A stretch of DNA of 64,000 nt from Myxococcota bacterium (GTDB lineage: Bacteria > Myxococcota_A > UBA796 > UBA9615 > JAKLKC01), in contig JAKLKC010000024.1 of assembly GCA_023150875.1 (NCBI GenBank), positions 9,119-73,118 on the forward strand, given 5' to 3'. Positions 63,433-64,000 of this stretch are shown piece after piece. Made by a program: the position numbers and the translations under genes. The first letter of the stretch is position 1. Every line of letters begins with the position of its first letter. The notes beneath the pieces are model-generated. The model worked only from the letters and a program-made list of their open reading frames with translations. It did no database searches and was not told the DNA's origin.

Positions 63433-64000
63433 TCAGTACTCCGCGTCGATCCCCGCGTCGTCCACGTCGAGGCCGGCGTCGTCCACGTTCGTGCCGAAGC
63501 CGGCGCCCATTCCGGGGCCGATGCCCGCGCCGAAGCCCTGGGCGCCGAGCCCGACGCCCGCCCCGTGCACCGGCATGCCGGCGCCGAGCCCGAGCCCCGC
63601 CCCGTGCACGCCCGCGCCGATGCCCGCGCCGAAGGCGGGGACGCCGGCGCCGATGCCGTAGCCGGTGGTGGGGCAGGCGGCCGCGGCCCCGTACCCCAGG
63701 TTGACCGCGCCGAGGCCGTAGTTCAGCCCGACGGCGCCGTACGCGGGACCCACCAGGGCGGCGGTGGGCACGCAGGTCACGCCGTAGCCGAGGCCGCCGT
63801 AGCCGAGGCCGCCGTACCCGAGACCACCCCAGCCGAGGCCGCCCCAGCCGAGGCCGCCCCAGCCGAGACCGCCCCAGCCGAGGCCGCCCCAGCCGAGGCC
63901 ACCCAGGCCCCACAGGCCCCGGCCGAAGCCGAGGCCCCGGCCGAAGCCGAAGCCCCGGCCGAAGCCGAGGCCCCGGCCGAAGCCGAAGCCCCGGTGGAAG
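63433..64000 (-). CDS. Glycine-rich repeat protein. Partial: the 5' end lies beyond the window end.
   Basis: The minus-strand frame is open from the window edge and reads FHRGFGFGRGLGFGRGFGFGRGLGFGRGLWGLGGLGWGGLGWGG(LGWGG)n LGYGG...VTCVPTAALVGPAYGAVGLNYG...GAGIGAGVHGAGLGLGAG...DDAGLDVDDAGIDAEY, then a stop at 63433. Confidence 0.5.
   Translation of the reverse strand, partial: FHRGFGFGRGLGFGRGFGFGRGLGFGRGLWGLGGLGWGGLGWGGLGWGGLGWGGLGWGGLGYGGLGYGGLGYGVTCVPTAALVGPAYGAVGLNYGLGAVNLGYGAAAACPTTGYGIGAGVPAFGAGIGAGVHGAGLGLGAGMPVHGAGVGLGAQGFGAGIGPGMGAGFGTNVDDAGLDVDDAGIDAEY
63781..64000. repeat. Tandem 15-nt (GLGWG) and 18-nt (GFGFGR/GLGFGR) repeats inside the Gly-rich CDS.
   Basis: Forward-strand CCGAGGCCGCCCCAG x5 and CCGAAGCCGAGGCCCCGG units are seen directly. 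Confidence 0.85.

Overview
This is a very high-GC (about 70-75%) bacterial chromosomal segment that is dense with genes. Every gene shows strong GC3 bias, so long antisense ORFs rich in Arg/Pro/Gly are everywhere and I disregarded them. The content looks Myxococcota-like, with MopE-type Cys-rich repeats, FG-GAP lipoproteins and many secreted proteins.

Reading left to right:
- 1-4.9 kb: the end of a flagellar filament locus. It holds a flagellin C-terminus, fliD, fliS, a small FliT-position ORF, a PilZ-domain protein and a secreted protein.
- 5.0-7.5 kb: a lower-GC (about 65%) island. It carries a two-gene ATGA-coupled operon whose second product ends in an ImmA/IrrE (M78, COG2856) peptidase domain. 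The catalytic Glu of HExxH is replaced (HLLGH). This is the best candidate for an undescribed regulatory, toxin-antitoxin or defence-like module.
- 7.7-10.4 kb: an acyl/malonyl-CoA synthetase, a decayed cytidylate-kinase (cmk) remnant, and a vapBC (Phd/YefM-PIN) toxin-antitoxin cassette pressed against it.
- 10.5-13.9 kb: a 1111-aa OmpA-domain protein with about 11 MopE-like Cys-rich repeats.
- 13.9-14.8 kb: a PAP2 phosphatase.
- 15.2-19.8 kb: an operon of three secreted proteins of unknown function. They are possible LPP20/CsgG-like flagellar outer-disk analogues.
- 20-50 kb: a large envelope and glycan-modification region containing:
  - three predicted GT-C-like polytopic membrane proteins (PMT/ArnT-like), one fused to an FGE-sulfatase (SUMF1-like) domain;
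  - an NTP-transferase/GT2 fusion;
  - a membrane multiheme cytochrome c;
  - a PHP-like secreted hydrolase;
  - two of the three B12-binding radical SAM enzymes (the third sits at 50.6 kb);
  - WecB/TagA glycosyltransferase, a polyprenyl-phosphate sugar transferase, a Wzx-like flippase, an SDR epimerase and a DegT aminotransferase.
- 50-64 kb:
  - a DUF486-like membrane protein;
  - the third B12-rSAM;
  - a 1146-aa GH-A-like protein with a Cys/Gly-rich N-terminus;
  - an FG-GAP lipoprotein with DDDTxPP repeats;
  - rsmB;
  - an overlapping nucleotidyltransferase-like/metallophosphoesterase pair;
  - an FHA protein;
  - a TPR lipoprotein;
  - a partial glycine-rich (GLGWG)n repeat protein that runs off the window end.

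I saw no rRNA, CRISPR array or recognisable IS element. I could not scan for tRNAs by eye.
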